A DNA stretch of 64,000 bases from Bacillota bacterium (GTDB taxonomy: Bacteria; Bacillota; Clostridia; Peptostreptococcales; Anaerovoracaceae), in the NCBI GenBank assembly GCA_017437745.1, contig JAFRYI010000006.1, forward strand, positions 1,964-65,963, written 5' to 3'. Of the stretch, positions 12,231 to 21,536 are shown in pieces. The translations under genes were made by a program, and so were the position numbers. How positions within the stretch are numbered: the stretch's first letter is position 1; each line of letters opens with the position of its first letter. The notes beneath the pieces are model-generated. The model searched no databases. It saw only the letters and a list, made by a program, of their open reading frames with translations, and was not told where the DNA came from.

Positions 12231-13727
12231 ATGAGCGAAACGACGATAGCCGCGATCTCAACTGCATACGGTGAAGCCGGTATAGGCATAGTCCGGACGA
12301 GCGGTCCTGATAGTCTTAGCGTGCTGCGAAAGGTGTTTGTGCCGAACAGAGCCGGGGCGACTGCCGGACAGTTGCAGACTGGCGCCGGATCGGCTGGGGA
12401 CGCCGGGGTGTGGACTCCGCAGCCCAGGCATATGTATTACGGACGTATAGTGGACCCGAAAGACGGCAGCGTGGCGGACGAATGCCTGGCAGTTTTCATG
12501 CCCGGACCGCAGAGCTACACCGGCGAGGACGTTGCGGAAGTGCAGTGCCACGGAAGCGTCATCTCGTATAAAAAGATACTGGCGCTGATGCTGGAAAACG
12601 GCGCGCAGCCGGCTGAGCCGGGCGAGTTCACCAAGAGGGCTTTCATTAACGGACGCATGGATCTGGCTCAGGCGGAGGCCGTTATCGACCTGATCAAGGC
12701 CAGGAGCGCGCGGAGCTTCGACTGCGCCGTAGGGCAGCTTGAAGGCAGCCTGTCGCAGAAGATAAGATCGGTGCGCGCGGAGCTTCTGGACCTGCTTACG
12801 GAACTTGCCGTAAACATGGATTATCCGGACGAGGACATAGAAGAACTGACGTACAACCGTTTAGGAAATCGTATATCGCTTATAAACGATGAACTTATAA
12901 AGCTAAAAGATTCGTCAGCGGAAGGACGCATACTAAGAGAGGGTCTTCTGGCCGCCATCGTGGGCAAGCCCAACGTCGGAAAGTCTTCCCTGATGAACGT
13001 GCTTCTAAGGGAGGACCGCAGCATCGTAACGGACGTTCCGGGCACTACCAGAGACACCATCGAGGAGCAGATATCGCTGCGCGGGATCACCATACGTTTC
13101 GTGGATACGGCCGGGATACGCAGTTCCGCGGACAAAGTGGAGAGCATAGGAATAGAGCGCAGCAAGGACGCTTTCAACCGGGCCGAGCTGCTGCTTTTGG
13201 TGCTGGACAGCAGCGAGGCGATATCGGCGGAGGACCTGGAGCTTATGGAAATGGCCAAGGATCGTCCGGTGATAGTCATACTTAATAAGGACGATCTTCC
13301 GGCGGCAGGATCGCATGGAAAAACGATCGAAGCTTCCGGAGGATCAGACGGCGGAAACGGGCTTTCCGAAGGGATGATCGAGGATGAGATCCGCAGGATC
13401 CTTCCCGGCGCCCGCATGGTAAGACTCTCCGCGAAGACAGGCGAAGGCCTTCTGCAACTGGAAGATAGTATCGAAGAGTACGTAACCGGCGGCAGAGTGC
13501 GCCGCGAGGAAGACGTGCTGGTCACCAACGTGCGTCACATCGCGCTGATAGAAAAGGCAATAGAGGAGCTTTCGGAGGCCGGCCGCATGACCAGGGCAGC
13601 CGAAGCAATGGATTTCATAGAAGTTAACGTCCGGGCCGCGTTCGACGCGCTGGGGGAGATAACCGGCGAGACCGCGTCCGGCGAAGTGATAGAGGAAGTT
13701 TTCAGGAGATTCTGCCTGGGCAAGTAG
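12231..13727 (+). CDS. mnmE: tRNA modification GTPase MnmE
   Basis: 498 aa. G domain [12 protein letters not shown] and DTAGIR, C-terminal FCLGK. Longer than typical because of Gly/Ala-rich inserts. Confidence 0.93.
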   Translation: MSETTIAAISTAYGEAGIGIVRTSGPDSLSVLRKVFVPNRAGATAGQLQTGAGSAGDAGVWTPQPRHMYYGRIVDPKDGSVADECLAVFMPGPQSYTGEDVAEVQCHGSVISYKKILALMLENGAQPAEPGEFTKRAFINGRMDLAQAEAVIDLIKARSARSFDCAVGQLEGSLSQKIRSVRAELLDLLTELAVNMDYPDEDIEELTYNRLGNRISLINDELIKLKDSSAEGRILREGLLAAIVGKPNVGKSSLMNVLLREDRSIVTDVPGTTRDTIEEQISLRGITIRFVDTAGIRSSADKVESIGIERSKDAFNRAELLLLVLDSSEAISAEDLELMEMAKDRPVIVILNKDDLPAAGSHGKTIEASGGSDGGNGLSEGMIEDEIRRILPGARMVRLSAKTGEGLLQLEDSIEEYVTGGRVRREEDVLVTNVRHIALIEKAIEELSEAGRMTRAAEAMDFIEVNVRAAFDALGEITGETASGEVIEEVFRRFCLGK

Positions 13728-13815
13728 GCCGCATAGCAACGCGTTTGCCGGTCGTAAGGATCCGGTTGCACGGGTAGCGGAGTTTTCACAGACGCCGCAG
13801 GGCAAACACATACAG

Positions 13816-15696
13816 ATGGAAAAGTACACGCTCGGAAAATATGACGTGGTAGTAATAGGCGCGGGTCACGCTGGCTGCGAGGCAGCTTTGGCGTGCGCAC
13901 GCATGGGCAAGGAAACACTGCTACTCTCCATAAATCTGGAGGCCGTGGCCAACATGTTCTGCAATCCGGCGGTCGGAGGCACGGGCAAGGGCCATCTGGT
14001 CCGCGAGATCGACGCGCTGGGCGGCGAGATGGGCCTTAACATAGACAAGACCTTCATACAGTCCAGGATGCTGAACGTTTCCAAGGGCCCGGCGGTCCAT
14101 TCCCTGAGGGCTCAGGCGGACAAGCGCAGGTATCACGAGGAGATGAAGAAGGTCCTGGAAAATCAGGAGCACCTTCTTCTAAAGCAGGGCGAGGCCGTGG
14201 ACATCGATTTTGCCGGAGACGGCAGCGTCCGCGGAGTATTGCTGCGCACCGGAGCGTACTACGAATGCCGCGCCGCGGTGATCGCCACAGGTACTTTCCT
14301 TGGCGGAAAGATATTCATCGGCGAGAGCGTCGTTGAAAGCGGACCCAACGGACTGTCTCCGTCTACGATACTGGCGGAAGCCTTGAAAAATAAAGGTTTT
14401 AACATGCGCCGCTTCAAGACCGGAACACCCGCAAGGTGTCTGGCAAGCTCGCTGGATTTCAGCAAGATGCAGGTCCAGGAGGGCGATCCGCACCCGGTCC
14501 CGTTCTCTTTCCTCAACGACAATATAGATAAAGAGCAGGCCAAGTGCTGGCTTACATATACCAACGAGGAGACTCATAAGATAATCCGCGCGAATTTCGG
14601 GCGTTCGGCGCTGTTCGGCGGCCAGATCGAGGGTGTAGGTCCCAGATACTGCCCGTCCATCGAATCCAAGCTGGACCGTTTCCCGGACAAGGAGCGCCAC
14701 CAGCTGTTCGTGGAGCCGGAGGGGCTGTCTACACAGGAGATGTACCTGCAGGGCATGAGCACTTCGTTGCCCGAAGACGTTCAGCAGCAGTTCTACGAGA
14801 CCATCCCGGGCCTTGAAAACATTAGGCTTGTGCGCGCCGCGTACGCCATAGAGTACGACTGCATAGACCCCATGGATCTTAAGCTTTCGCTGGAACACCG
14901 GGAGCACCCCGGATTCTTCTGCGCGGGCCAGTTCAACGGGTCTTCCGGATACGAGGAGGCAGCCGCGCAGGGATTGATCGCAGGTATAAACGCCGCGCTG
15001 TATCTGGACGGAAAGGAGCCTTTCGTTCTGGACCGTTCGGAGGCGTACATAGGTGTGTTGATAGATGACCTTGTTACCAAGGGCACAAACGAGCCGTACA
15101 GGATGATGACCTCCCGCGCCGAGTACCGTCTTATCCTAAGGCAGGACAACGCGGATCTGCGCCTGACCGAGAAGGGCCGGGCAGTAGGGCTTGTGTCCGA
15201 CGAGCGCTGGGAGAGGTTCCTGGCGGATAAGAAAGCAATGGAGGAAGAGGTCCAAAGGCTTGAAAACACAACGGTTACGCCGTCCGAGGCAAATCCTTTG
15301 ATAGAGAGCCTGGGCGGAACTCCGCTGGACAACCGCGTAAGTTTGTCAGAGCTTCTGAGGCGTCCGGAGATAACCTACGACGCGCTTGCGGCGGTGGACC
15401 CGGAGCGTCCGGCGTTGTCCTACCACGTGCGGACCAAGGTGGAAGTAAGCCTTAAATACCGCGGTTACATAGACAAGCAGCTGGCGCAGATAGAAAAGTT
15501 CAAGAAGCTGGAGGGACAGACGATCCCGGAGGGCATAGATTACATGTCCATGGAGGGCCTTCGCAACGAGGCACGTGAAAAGCTTACGGACATAAGACCT
15601 GTGTCTGTGGGCCAGGCGTCCAGAATATCCGGCGTGTCACCTGCGGACATAAACGTTCTGCTGGTGCAGCTGGAGAGGATGAGAAGGAAGCATTGA
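13816..15696 (+). CDS. mnmG: tRNA uridine 5-carboxymethylaminomethyl modification enzyme MnmG
   Basis: 626 aa. FAD-binding [12 protein letters not shown], with GidA-family sequence throughout. Confidence 0.95.
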   Translation: MEKYTLGKYDVVVIGAGHAGCEAALACARMGKETLLLSINLEAVANMFCNPAVGGTGKGHLVREIDALGGEMGLNIDKTFIQSRMLNVSKGPAVHSLRAQADKRRYHEEMKKVLENQEHLLLKQGEAVDIDFAGDGSVRGVLLRTGAYYECRAAVIATGTFLGGKIFIGESVVESGPNGLSPSTILAEALKNKGFNMRRFKTGTPARCLASSLDFSKMQVQEGDPHPVPFSFLNDNIDKEQAKCWLTYTNEETHKIIRANFGRSALFGGQIEGVGPRYCPSIESKLDRFPDKERHQLFVEPEGLSTQEMYLQGMSTSLPEDVQQQFYETIPGLENIRLVRAAYAIEYDCIDPMDLKLSLEHREHPGFFCAGQFNGSSGYEEAAAQGLIAGINAALYLDGKEPFVLDRSEAYIGVLIDDLVTKGTNEPYRMMTSRAEYRLILRQDNADLRLTEKGRAVGLVSDERWERFLADKKAMEEEVQRLENTTVTPSEANPLIESLGGTPLDNRVSLSELLRRPEITYDALAAVDPERPALSYHVRTKVEVSLKYRGYIDKQLAQIEKFKKLEGQTIPEGIDYMSMEGLRNEAREKLTDIRPVSVGQASRISGVSPADINVLLVQLERMRRKH

Positions 15697-15712
15697 TAAA
15701 ACGCAGATGTGA

Positions 15713-15849
15713 GTTGCTGCTGCAACGCAAAAGCGTTAAATGCCGGCATTTGCGTTGCGACCGCAACAGATAGAAGCCGGAACTTAGTATCGGTGTTGCG
15801 ACTGCAACATGTCGAGTCTGACTGTTGGCTTTAATGTTGCGGCAGTGTC
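15713..15849. repeat. phased array of GTTGC-N4-GCAAC palindromes (41-bp period)
   Basis: GTTGCtgctGCAAC 15713-15726, GTTGCgaccGCAAC 15754-15767, GTTGCgactGCAAC 15795-15808 and a degenerate GTTGCggcaGTGTC 15836-15849. Starts are exactly 41 bp apart. Confidence 0.8.
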
Positions 15850-16543
15850 ATTGTTCAGGCTTGAAGAATGGTTTAAACGAATGGAAAACGAATACCAGGA
15901 TAAACTGAATAAGCTTGCGGACATAATCCTGGAGTGGAACGAGAAGATAAACGTTACCGCCATCAGGGACCGCGCGGAATTCATGAAGAAGAACGTGGAG
16001 GACTCCCTGGAGATCCTGAGTCTGCCGGAGTTTAAGGATGCCCGCAGGATAATGGATCTGGGGACCGGGGGCGGTTTCCCGGGTCTGCCTCTGGCTATAG
16101 CTTGTCCGGACAAGGAATTCTACCTGCTGGACAGCGTAGCGAAAAAGCTGAAAGTCGTTGCGATCGCTGCGGATGAGCTGGGGCTGGAGAATGTGGAAGT
16201 TCTTAACATGCGCGCCGAGGATCTGGCAAAATGGCCCGCTTACCGCGAAAGCTTTGATATCGTGGCTTCCAGGGCCGTCGCTAACATGAGCACGCTCGCC
16301 GAATACTGCCTTCCTTTTGTAAAGGTCGGCGGGTATTTCGTTGCTTATAAGACTGCTTCCGCCGCGGAAGAGATAGCCGCAGCGCAGAACGCGGTGAAAA
16401 CGCTCGGCGGAGGAGAGCAGCGGATCGTAAAATACGGCGAGGAAGACAACGACCATTTATTTGTTGTAATCAAGAAGATCGCTCCCTGCTCTAAGAAGTA
16501 TCCAAGGAAAGCCGGCCTTCCCGCAAAGCAGCCGCTGAAGTGA
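15809..16543 (+). CDS. rsmG: 16S rRNA (guanine527-N7)-methyltransferase RsmG
   Basis: 244 aa. EWNEKINVTAI and SAM motif DLGTGGGFPGLPLAI. Start uncertain, with alternative in-frame starts up to ATG 15881. Confidence 0.88.
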   Translation: MSSLTVGFNVAAVSLFRLEEWFKRMENEYQDKLNKLADIILEWNEKINVTAIRDRAEFMKKNVEDSLEILSLPEFKDARRIMDLGTGGGFPGLPLAIACPDKEFYLLDSVAKKLKVVAIAADELGLENVEVLNMRAEDLAKWPAYRESFDIVASRAVANMSTLAEYCLPFVKVGGYFVAYKTASAAEEIAAAQNAVKTLGGGEQRIVKYGEEDNDHLFVVIKKIAPCSKKYPRKAGLPAKQPLK

Positions 16544-16591
16544 TCCGGATCGACTGATGCGTCAGCCGGACACAGTCTTATGATCGATATT

Positions 16592-16625
16592 AAAAATGGC
16601 GCGGAAACGCGTCATTTTGTATTTC
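16592..16625 (+). terminator. intrinsic terminator after rsmG
   Basis: ATGGCGCG-gaaa-CGCGTCAT followed by TTTTGTATTT. Confidence 0.75.
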
Positions 16626-16661
16626 GGTTATTCTCGTGTACCATATGTTGTTGTTTTTCGA

Positions 16662-16677
16662 TGTTTCACGTGAAACA
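16662..16677. promoter_or_regulatory. parS site 1
   Basis: TGTTTCACGTGAAACA is a perfect match to the Firmicute parS consensus TGTTNCACGTGAAACA. Confidence 0.9.
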
Positions 16678-16706
16678 TCGGTAGCCCGGCTCCTGCTGTC
16701 GGCAAA

Positions 16707-16722
16707 TATTTCACGTGAAACA
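16707..16722. promoter_or_regulatory. parS site 2
   Basis: TATTTCACGTGAAACA has one mismatch to the parS consensus. Confidence 0.85.
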
Positions 16723-16750
16723 CCCATCTTCCGGTCCCGGCGAACGCAAA

Positions 16751-16766
16751 TGTTTCACGTGAAACA
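16751..16766. promoter_or_regulatory. parS site 3 (adjacent to putative parA -10 TATAAT at 16774-16779)
   Basis: TGTTTCACGTGAAACA is a perfect parS. TATAAT lies 8 bp downstream. Confidence 0.9.
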
Positions 16767-16869
16767 ATGTGCATATAATTGTACCGTAATTACCAAAACA
16801 AATATAGAAGACAAAACGCAATAGTGGTATAATTAAAGCACAAAAGAGACTTCATCTAAGGGAGAAAAA

Positions 16870-17649
16870 ATGGGAAAAGCAATCGCTATTTTTAATCAGA
16901 AGGGCGGCGTGGGAAAGACCACGACGAACATCAATCTGGCAGCGTGCCTGGCCCTTAAGGGTAAAAAGGTCCTTGTTCTGGACATAGACCCGCAGGGCAA
17001 TACCACCAGCGGCCTCGGTATCTCCAAAAGATCTCTGGAGGCCACCAGCTACGACCTTCTCGTTGTGGACGGAATAGATCCGTACACCACCATTTACAAT
17101 ACAAAGGTCCAGAACATGGACATAATCCCCGCAAGCGTTGATCTTTCAGGCGCGGAGATAGAGCTTGTCCAACTGGAAGGAAGAGAGAAGAGGCTTAAGA
17201 GAGCTCTGGACATAGTCCGCGACGGCTATGATTATATTTTCGTGGATTGCCCTCCCAGCCTCAGCCTTCTTACCATAAACGCTCTTACAGCAGTCGATTC
17301 AGTGCTTATCCCCATACAGTGCGAATTCTACGCGCTGGAAGGCGTAAGCCAGCTCGTCAGCACCATAGATCTTGTCAGAAGAAGCTTCAATCCGAGGCTC
17401 GGCATCCAGGGTGTCATCCTTTCCATGTTCGACGGAAGGGCCAACCTCTCCATACAGGTCGCGGATGAAGTTAAGCGCTTCTTCGGAAACAAGATGTATT
17501 CTACCGTCATCCCCAGAAACGTTAGGCTCGCGGAGGCTCCCGGCTACGGAATGCCCATTACGAGCTACGACCCCAAGTCCAAGGGCGCCAGGGCTTACAT
17601 GGCGTTCGCCGACGAATTCCTGAGAACGGAGGAAGAAAATGGCAGATAA
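16870..17649 (+). CDS. parA: chromosome partitioning ATPase ParA/Soj
   Basis: 259 aa with deviant Walker A NQKGGVGKTTT. GGGAGA SD. Confidence 0.93.
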   Translation: MGKAIAIFNQKGGVGKTTTNINLAACLALKGKKVLVLDIDPQGNTTSGLGISKRSLEATSYDLLVVDGIDPYTTIYNTKVQNMDIIPASVDLSGAEIELVQLEGREKRLKRALDIVRDGYDYIFVDCPPSLSLLTINALTAVDSVLIPIQCEFYALEGVSQLVSTIDLVRRSFNPRLGIQGVILSMFDGRANLSIQVADEVKRFFGNKMYSTVIPRNVRLAEAPGYGMPITSYDPKSKGARAYMAFADEFLRTEEENGR

Positions 17650-18586
17650 AAGGCGGGGAGGATTGGGCAGAGGATTAGATTATCTCTTTGCCGAATCCCC
17701 ACTTACCGAACCGGCGTCCGTGCTGGACCCAGCAAAATCGCCAATAAACGATGAAGCAAGTAAAAGCAACGCTAAAAGGCATACGACTAAGGGCGCGGAT
17801 CCCGTGGAATCGGTGGTATACATCGGTCTGAACGACATCAAGCCCAACGCTGCGCAGCCCAGAAAGAACTTCGACCAGGAGGCACTTCAGGAGCTTGCGG
17901 ACTCCATCAAAGAGCACGGGATGATACAGCCGGTGCTGCTGCGCCCCGCCGCGAAAGGTTACGAACTTGTCGCCGGCGAACGCAGATGGAGAGCTGCAAG
18001 GCTCGCCGGCCTCAAGAGCATTCCCGCGATCGTAAGAGAGCTGACCGAAAGGCAGAACGCGTTCTACGCGCTGATCGAAAACATGCAGCGCGAGGACCTG
18101 GACCCCATAGAGGAAGCCGACGGCATAATAGAGATAATCGGAAACTACGGACTTACGCAGGAGGAAGCGGCCAAAGCGATAGGAAAATCCAGATCCTACG
18201 TTACGAACTCGATCAGAATAGCCAAGCTTCCGGAAGAGATACGCAGGATGGTGTCCGGAAAGGCGCTTTCCGCCGGTCACGCCAGGGCCATCGCAGGACT
18301 TTCCTCTGAGGCGCTCCAGCTCGAAGCCGCAGCCAAAGCGGTAAAAGAGGGATGGTCGGTGCGTCAGATCGAAAGCTACACCGGTACCAAGACCCGCGGC
18401 CGCAGAAAAGCCGCCAAAGGAAAGACCAGAAACGAGGAGATCCGCTCGGTAGAGCAGTCGCTGACGGAGAGCCTCGGCGCCAAGGTCCGCATCAACGGCA
18501 CGGAAAAACAGGGCAAACTGGAGATCGAGTACTACTCCAAGGACGAGCTCGACAGGCTGGTGGAACTGCTTATGGACCTGAAATAG
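17639..18586 (+). CDS. parB: chromosome partitioning protein ParB/Spo0J
   Basis: 315 aa. ParB-box LVAGERRWRAARLAG and an HTH region. Overlaps the parA end by 11 nt. Confidence 0.93.
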   Translation: MADKRRGGLGRGLDYLFAESPLTEPASVLDPAKSPINDEASKSNAKRHTTKGADPVESVVYIGLNDIKPNAAQPRKNFDQEALQELADSIKEHGMIQPVLLRPAAKGYELVAGERRWRAARLAGLKSIPAIVRELTERQNAFYALIENMQREDLDPIEEADGIIEIIGNYGLTQEEAAKAIGKSRSYVTNSIRIAKLPEEIRRMVSGKALSAGHARAIAGLSSEALQLEAAAKAVKEGWSVRQIESYTGTKTRGRRKAAKGKTRNEEIRSVEQSLTESLGAKVRINGTEKQGKLEIEYYSKDELDRLVELLMDLK

Positions 18587-18680
18587 GAGAGGGCTGCCGG
18601 AAAGCTCTAAGACCATTAAACGGCAGCGAACGATCCAATAACATATAAACGATCTAAAATCAAACAATCAAATATATAGA

Positions 18681-18710
18681 AAAGACCGCTCGGAAAAGAG
18701 CGGTCTTTTT
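18681..18710. terminator. bidirectional intrinsic terminator between parB and tcdA
   Basis: AAAGACCGCTC-ggaaaa-GAGCGGTCTTTTT, with A-run and T-run on both sides. Confidence 0.85.
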
Positions 18711-18788
18711 AATGATTTACAGCTTTTCCCTGATAAACAGCGCGACCTCTCCGCACATACAGCGCGACGCTTCCGAAATGCCGCCGGC

Positions 18789-19592
18789 TCAGATGCCGGT
18801 CAGTTTCCTGCAGACATGTCCCGCCATCATCAATCCGGCGCACGCAGGCACAAATATCATGGATGCCGGAGCGGTCTTGCCGGCAGGAGCATTGTCGGCA
18901 GGAGCATTGTCAGCAGAGGCATCGTCGGCAGTAGTATAGTCAGCAGCGGCATCTGCGGATGTTTCCGGTCCGCCGTTCACATCTTTGCGGCTTCCCTGCT
19001 TTACCAGCGGCAGCTCCGTGGAGAACACCACGTCCAGCTTTTTAATCCCCAGGTCCTTCAGTTTGCGCCGTACGACCTTGGCCAGAGGATCGTTGAATGT
19101 CTTGTTGATGTCGCAGATCTGCAGCTTCGACGGGTCAAGACGGTTGCCGCATCCCATGGCGGAGATCACCGGGACCCCTGCCTGTGTTGCGCTTGCTATG
19201 ATGTCCAGCTTTGCAGCCACGGTGTCCACGGCGTCCACGATGTAATCGAAATTCGTAAAGTCTATGTCCCCGCGCTGGTCCGGCAGATAAAAGATCTTAT
19301 GGACGGTAACGCGAACAGAAGGATCTATGTCGTGTATCCTTGCCGCGGCGGTCTCCGCCTTGCCTTTTCCAAGCGTGCTTGTAAGTGCAACTATCTGGCG
19401 GTTCAGGTTGGACTCCGCTATGTCGTCCGCGTCTATAAGGTCGATCGCGCCTACTCCGCTTCGGGCCAGTGCTTCGGCCGCAAAGCCGCCTACTCCGCCC
19501 ACCCCGAACACAGCAACACGGGAACTGCGCAGTATTTCCAATGCTTCATCGCCTATTAACATTTTAGTGCGCGCGTGCCGTTCGTCCATCAT
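18789..19592 (-). CDS. tcdA: tRNA threonylcarbamoyladenosine dehydratase (ThiF/E1-like, TcdA family)
   Basis: 267 aa. Rossmann FGVGGVGGFAAEALARSG and NLNRQ. Low-complexity (A-D-N-A-P)-type repeat near the C-terminus. Confidence 0.8.
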   Translation of the reverse strand: MMDERHARTKMLIGDEALEILRSSRVAVFGVGGVGGFAAEALARSGVGAIDLIDADDIAESNLNRQIVALTSTLGKGKAETAAARIHDIDPSVRVTVHKIFYLPDQRGDIDFTNFDYIVDAVDTVAAKLDIIASATQAGVPVISAMGCGNRLDPSKLQICDINKTFNDPLAKVVRRKLKDLGIKKLDVVFSTELPLVKQGSRKDVNGGPETSADAAADYTTADDASADNAPADNAPAGKTAPASMIFVPACAGLMMAGHVCRKLTGI

Positions 19593-20002
19593 TCCGCCTC
19601 TTTCGTGGGCTTGTTCTGCGCGCTACCCACAGCGCTGCCTGGCGCCATGTTCGCGTCATTCGACGCAGCGCTGCCCGGAGCCTTCTTTTTTCGTATCCAC
19701 AGCGCGATCGCTGGTATGGCCAGGCCGACCAGCATGCAGATCAGGATAGCGTAAGCGTAAATAACATATTGGTTGCCGGGCAGTATCCTGCCGTACTGCG
19801 TAAACTCGCAGATCAGCATCAGGACCACTACGATCAGCGCAAGCAGATAGCGGCCGCTCAGTTTCGCGGGCTTTTTATTCATGAAGATCTGAACGACCAG
19901 ACCGACCGCGAATCCGGCCCACATCAGGATGCTTACCGCCGGGACGGAAAAATCGAACAGACGGGAAAACACGCCTGTGCTGATCAGTTTTATCAATCCC
20001 AT
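19589..20002 (-). CDS. hypothetical integral membrane protein
   Basis: 137 aa with about 4 hydrophobic helices. Overlaps the tcdA start (ATGA) and the rnhA stop, so it is probably in an operon. No family recognised. Confidence 0.6.
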   Translation of the reverse strand: MGLIKLISTGVFSRLFDFSVPAVSILMWAGFAVGLVVQIFMNKKPAKLSGRYLLALIVVVLMLICEFTQYGRILPGNQYVIYAYAILICMLVGLAIPAIALWIRKKKAPGSAASNDANMAPGSAVGSAQNKPTKEAE

Positions 20003-20553
20003 GGCAGCTCCTTTTGCTCGCTGATGAACACATTTGCCAGAGCGTCGCAGCGGTTGTTGTATTCCACGATCTTCTCGAACTCGTCGTAACTGAATCCCGG
20101 CCCGTTGTTCTCCGTAAATCGCCGATAGGCGATGGAGTTAGACTCCTCCCCGTCTTTCAGCAGTTTCTGGTGGCCTTTTACCAGGTAGAATTCCGCCCTA
20201 TTGCCTTCCAGCAGATCAAGCAGTTTTTCCCAGAGCTCGCGGTTCTCGACCGGCTGTTTCTTAGAATTCCTCCAGCCGTTCTTCTGCCAGGAAACGTACC
20301 AATTCCTGCGGAAGCAGTTGACCAGATAAGAACTGTCGGAGAAGATGCGCAGTCTTAGCCCGTCCTCCCTAAGGACCGACAGAGCCTCTATAAGCGCGGT
20401 CAGTTCCATGCGGTTGTTGGTGGTGTCGATCTCGCCGCCGTGAAGTTCCTTTTCGCGGCCGCGGTATTCCAGCACGCTGCCCCATCCGCCGATGTTGCGC
20501 TCTTCCTGATTTCCGGCGCACGCGCCGTCTGTGTAGATGTTTACTGTCTTCAT
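19993..20553 (-). CDS. rnhA: ribonuclease HI (with an internal/C-terminal insertion)
   Basis: 186 aa. IYTDGAC, TNNRMELTA, IFSDSSY, KGH...NNRCDALA catalytic pattern. About 35 extra residues lie between KGH and the last Asp motif. Confidence 0.85.
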   Translation of the reverse strand: MKTVNIYTDGACAGNQEERNIGGWGSVLEYRGREKELHGGEIDTTNNRMELTALIEALSVLREDGLRLRIFSDSSYLVNCFRRNWYVSWQKNGWRNSKKQPVENRELWEKLLDLLEGNRAEFYLVKGHQKLLKDGEESNSIAYRRFTENNGPGFSYDEFEKIVEYNNRCDALANVFISEQKELPWD

Positions 20554-20705
20554 AACACTTAATTATACCTTAAACGCTGAGCGCGGCGCAAGAAATAAGG
20601 GCTTACACAAAAGCCCCTTGCATTTTCCGTGTAAAATAATGATAATTTATACCGAGCGTTGATATTAAAAACACGCATTCTTCACAACCAAAAGGGATAA
20701 TTAAC

Positions 20706-21521
20706 GTGCAGCAGATGAATTTGGCGATATGCTCGCTCGCGAGCGGCAGCAGCGGAAACTGCTTTCTTATAAGAAACGAAGACTCCGTACTGCTGGTGGA
20801 CGCGGGAATAAGCGCGAAGCAGACGGCCCGGGACCTTTCGGCTCTGGGGCTTTCGCTTGGGGACGTGGACGCGGTGCTGGTAACTCACGAGCACACGGAC
20901 CACATAAAAGGCCTTAAGGCGGTCTGCGGAGCATCCGGCGCGGCGGTCTACGCAAGCCGGGGCACGCTTCTGGGCATACCGTTCTCGCAGGAGCTGGAGA
21001 ACGTCCGGGCATTCGCGCCCGGGGACACTTTCCGGATCGGCAGCATCGAAGTAGGCACGTTCCCCACGTCGCACGACGCGGCGGACTCCACGGGATTCTG
21101 TTTCTCGGCCGGCGGAAGAAAGATAGTGCTGGTAACGGACACCGGGTACGTCACTAAGGAAGCTTTTCAGGGCATGAAGGGCAGCGACGTGCTGGTGCTG
21201 GAATCCAACCACGACGAAAGCGTCCTTAGGATGGGCCGCTACCCGTGGTTCCTGAAGCAGAGGATCCTGAGCGACCGCGGCCACCTGTCCAACGAAGCTG
21301 CTGCGAACGCAGTGCTGGAGCTGCTCAAACTGGAGCGGCTGGAAGGCGCTGAAAAGAGCAGACTTGTGCTGCTGGCGCACTTAAGCAAGGAGAACAACTT
21401 CCCGCAGATGGCGCTGGCAACGATGAGCAATATCCTTGCAGCGGAAGGCTTCGCGCCCGGCGGCGATCTCCGGATAGAGGTGCTTTCCAGAACGGAGCGC
21501 AGCCCGCTGTACATACTATGA
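20706..21521 (+). CDS. MBL-fold metallo-hydrolase (YycJ/WalJ-like)
   Basis: 271 aa. ASGSSGNCFLI and THEHTDHIKGL motifs. Synteny with the HtrA-like gene and rlmH matches the B. subtilis ori region. GTG start at 20706 or ATG at 20715. Confidence 0.85.
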   Translation: MQQMNLAICSLASGSSGNCFLIRNEDSVLLVDAGISAKQTARDLSALGLSLGDVDAVLVTHEHTDHIKGLKAVCGASGAAVYASRGTLLGIPFSQELENVRAFAPGDTFRIGSIEVGTFPTSHDAADSTGFCFSAGGRKIVLVTDTGYVTKEAFQGMKGSDVLVLESNHDESVLRMGRYPWFLKQRILSDRGHLSNEAAANAVLELLKLERLEGAEKSRLVLLAHLSKENNFPQMALATMSNILAAEGFAPGGDLRIEVLSRTERSPLYIL

Positions 21522-21536
21522 TTCGAGGCGGTAAAC

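Noticed and set aside
15713-15849. Possible mini-CRISPR array, given the regularly spaced short palindromic repeats.
   Set aside because: The repeats are only 14 bp and there are just 3-4 units. The supposed spacers include the rsmG start, and there are no cas genes or leader. A protein-binding or RNA-hairpin array is more plausible.
16636-16824. 62-aa ORF upstream of parA.
   Set aside because: It reads through the three parS sites, and the repeated FHVKH/SRET peptide simply reflects the repeats. It has no SD.
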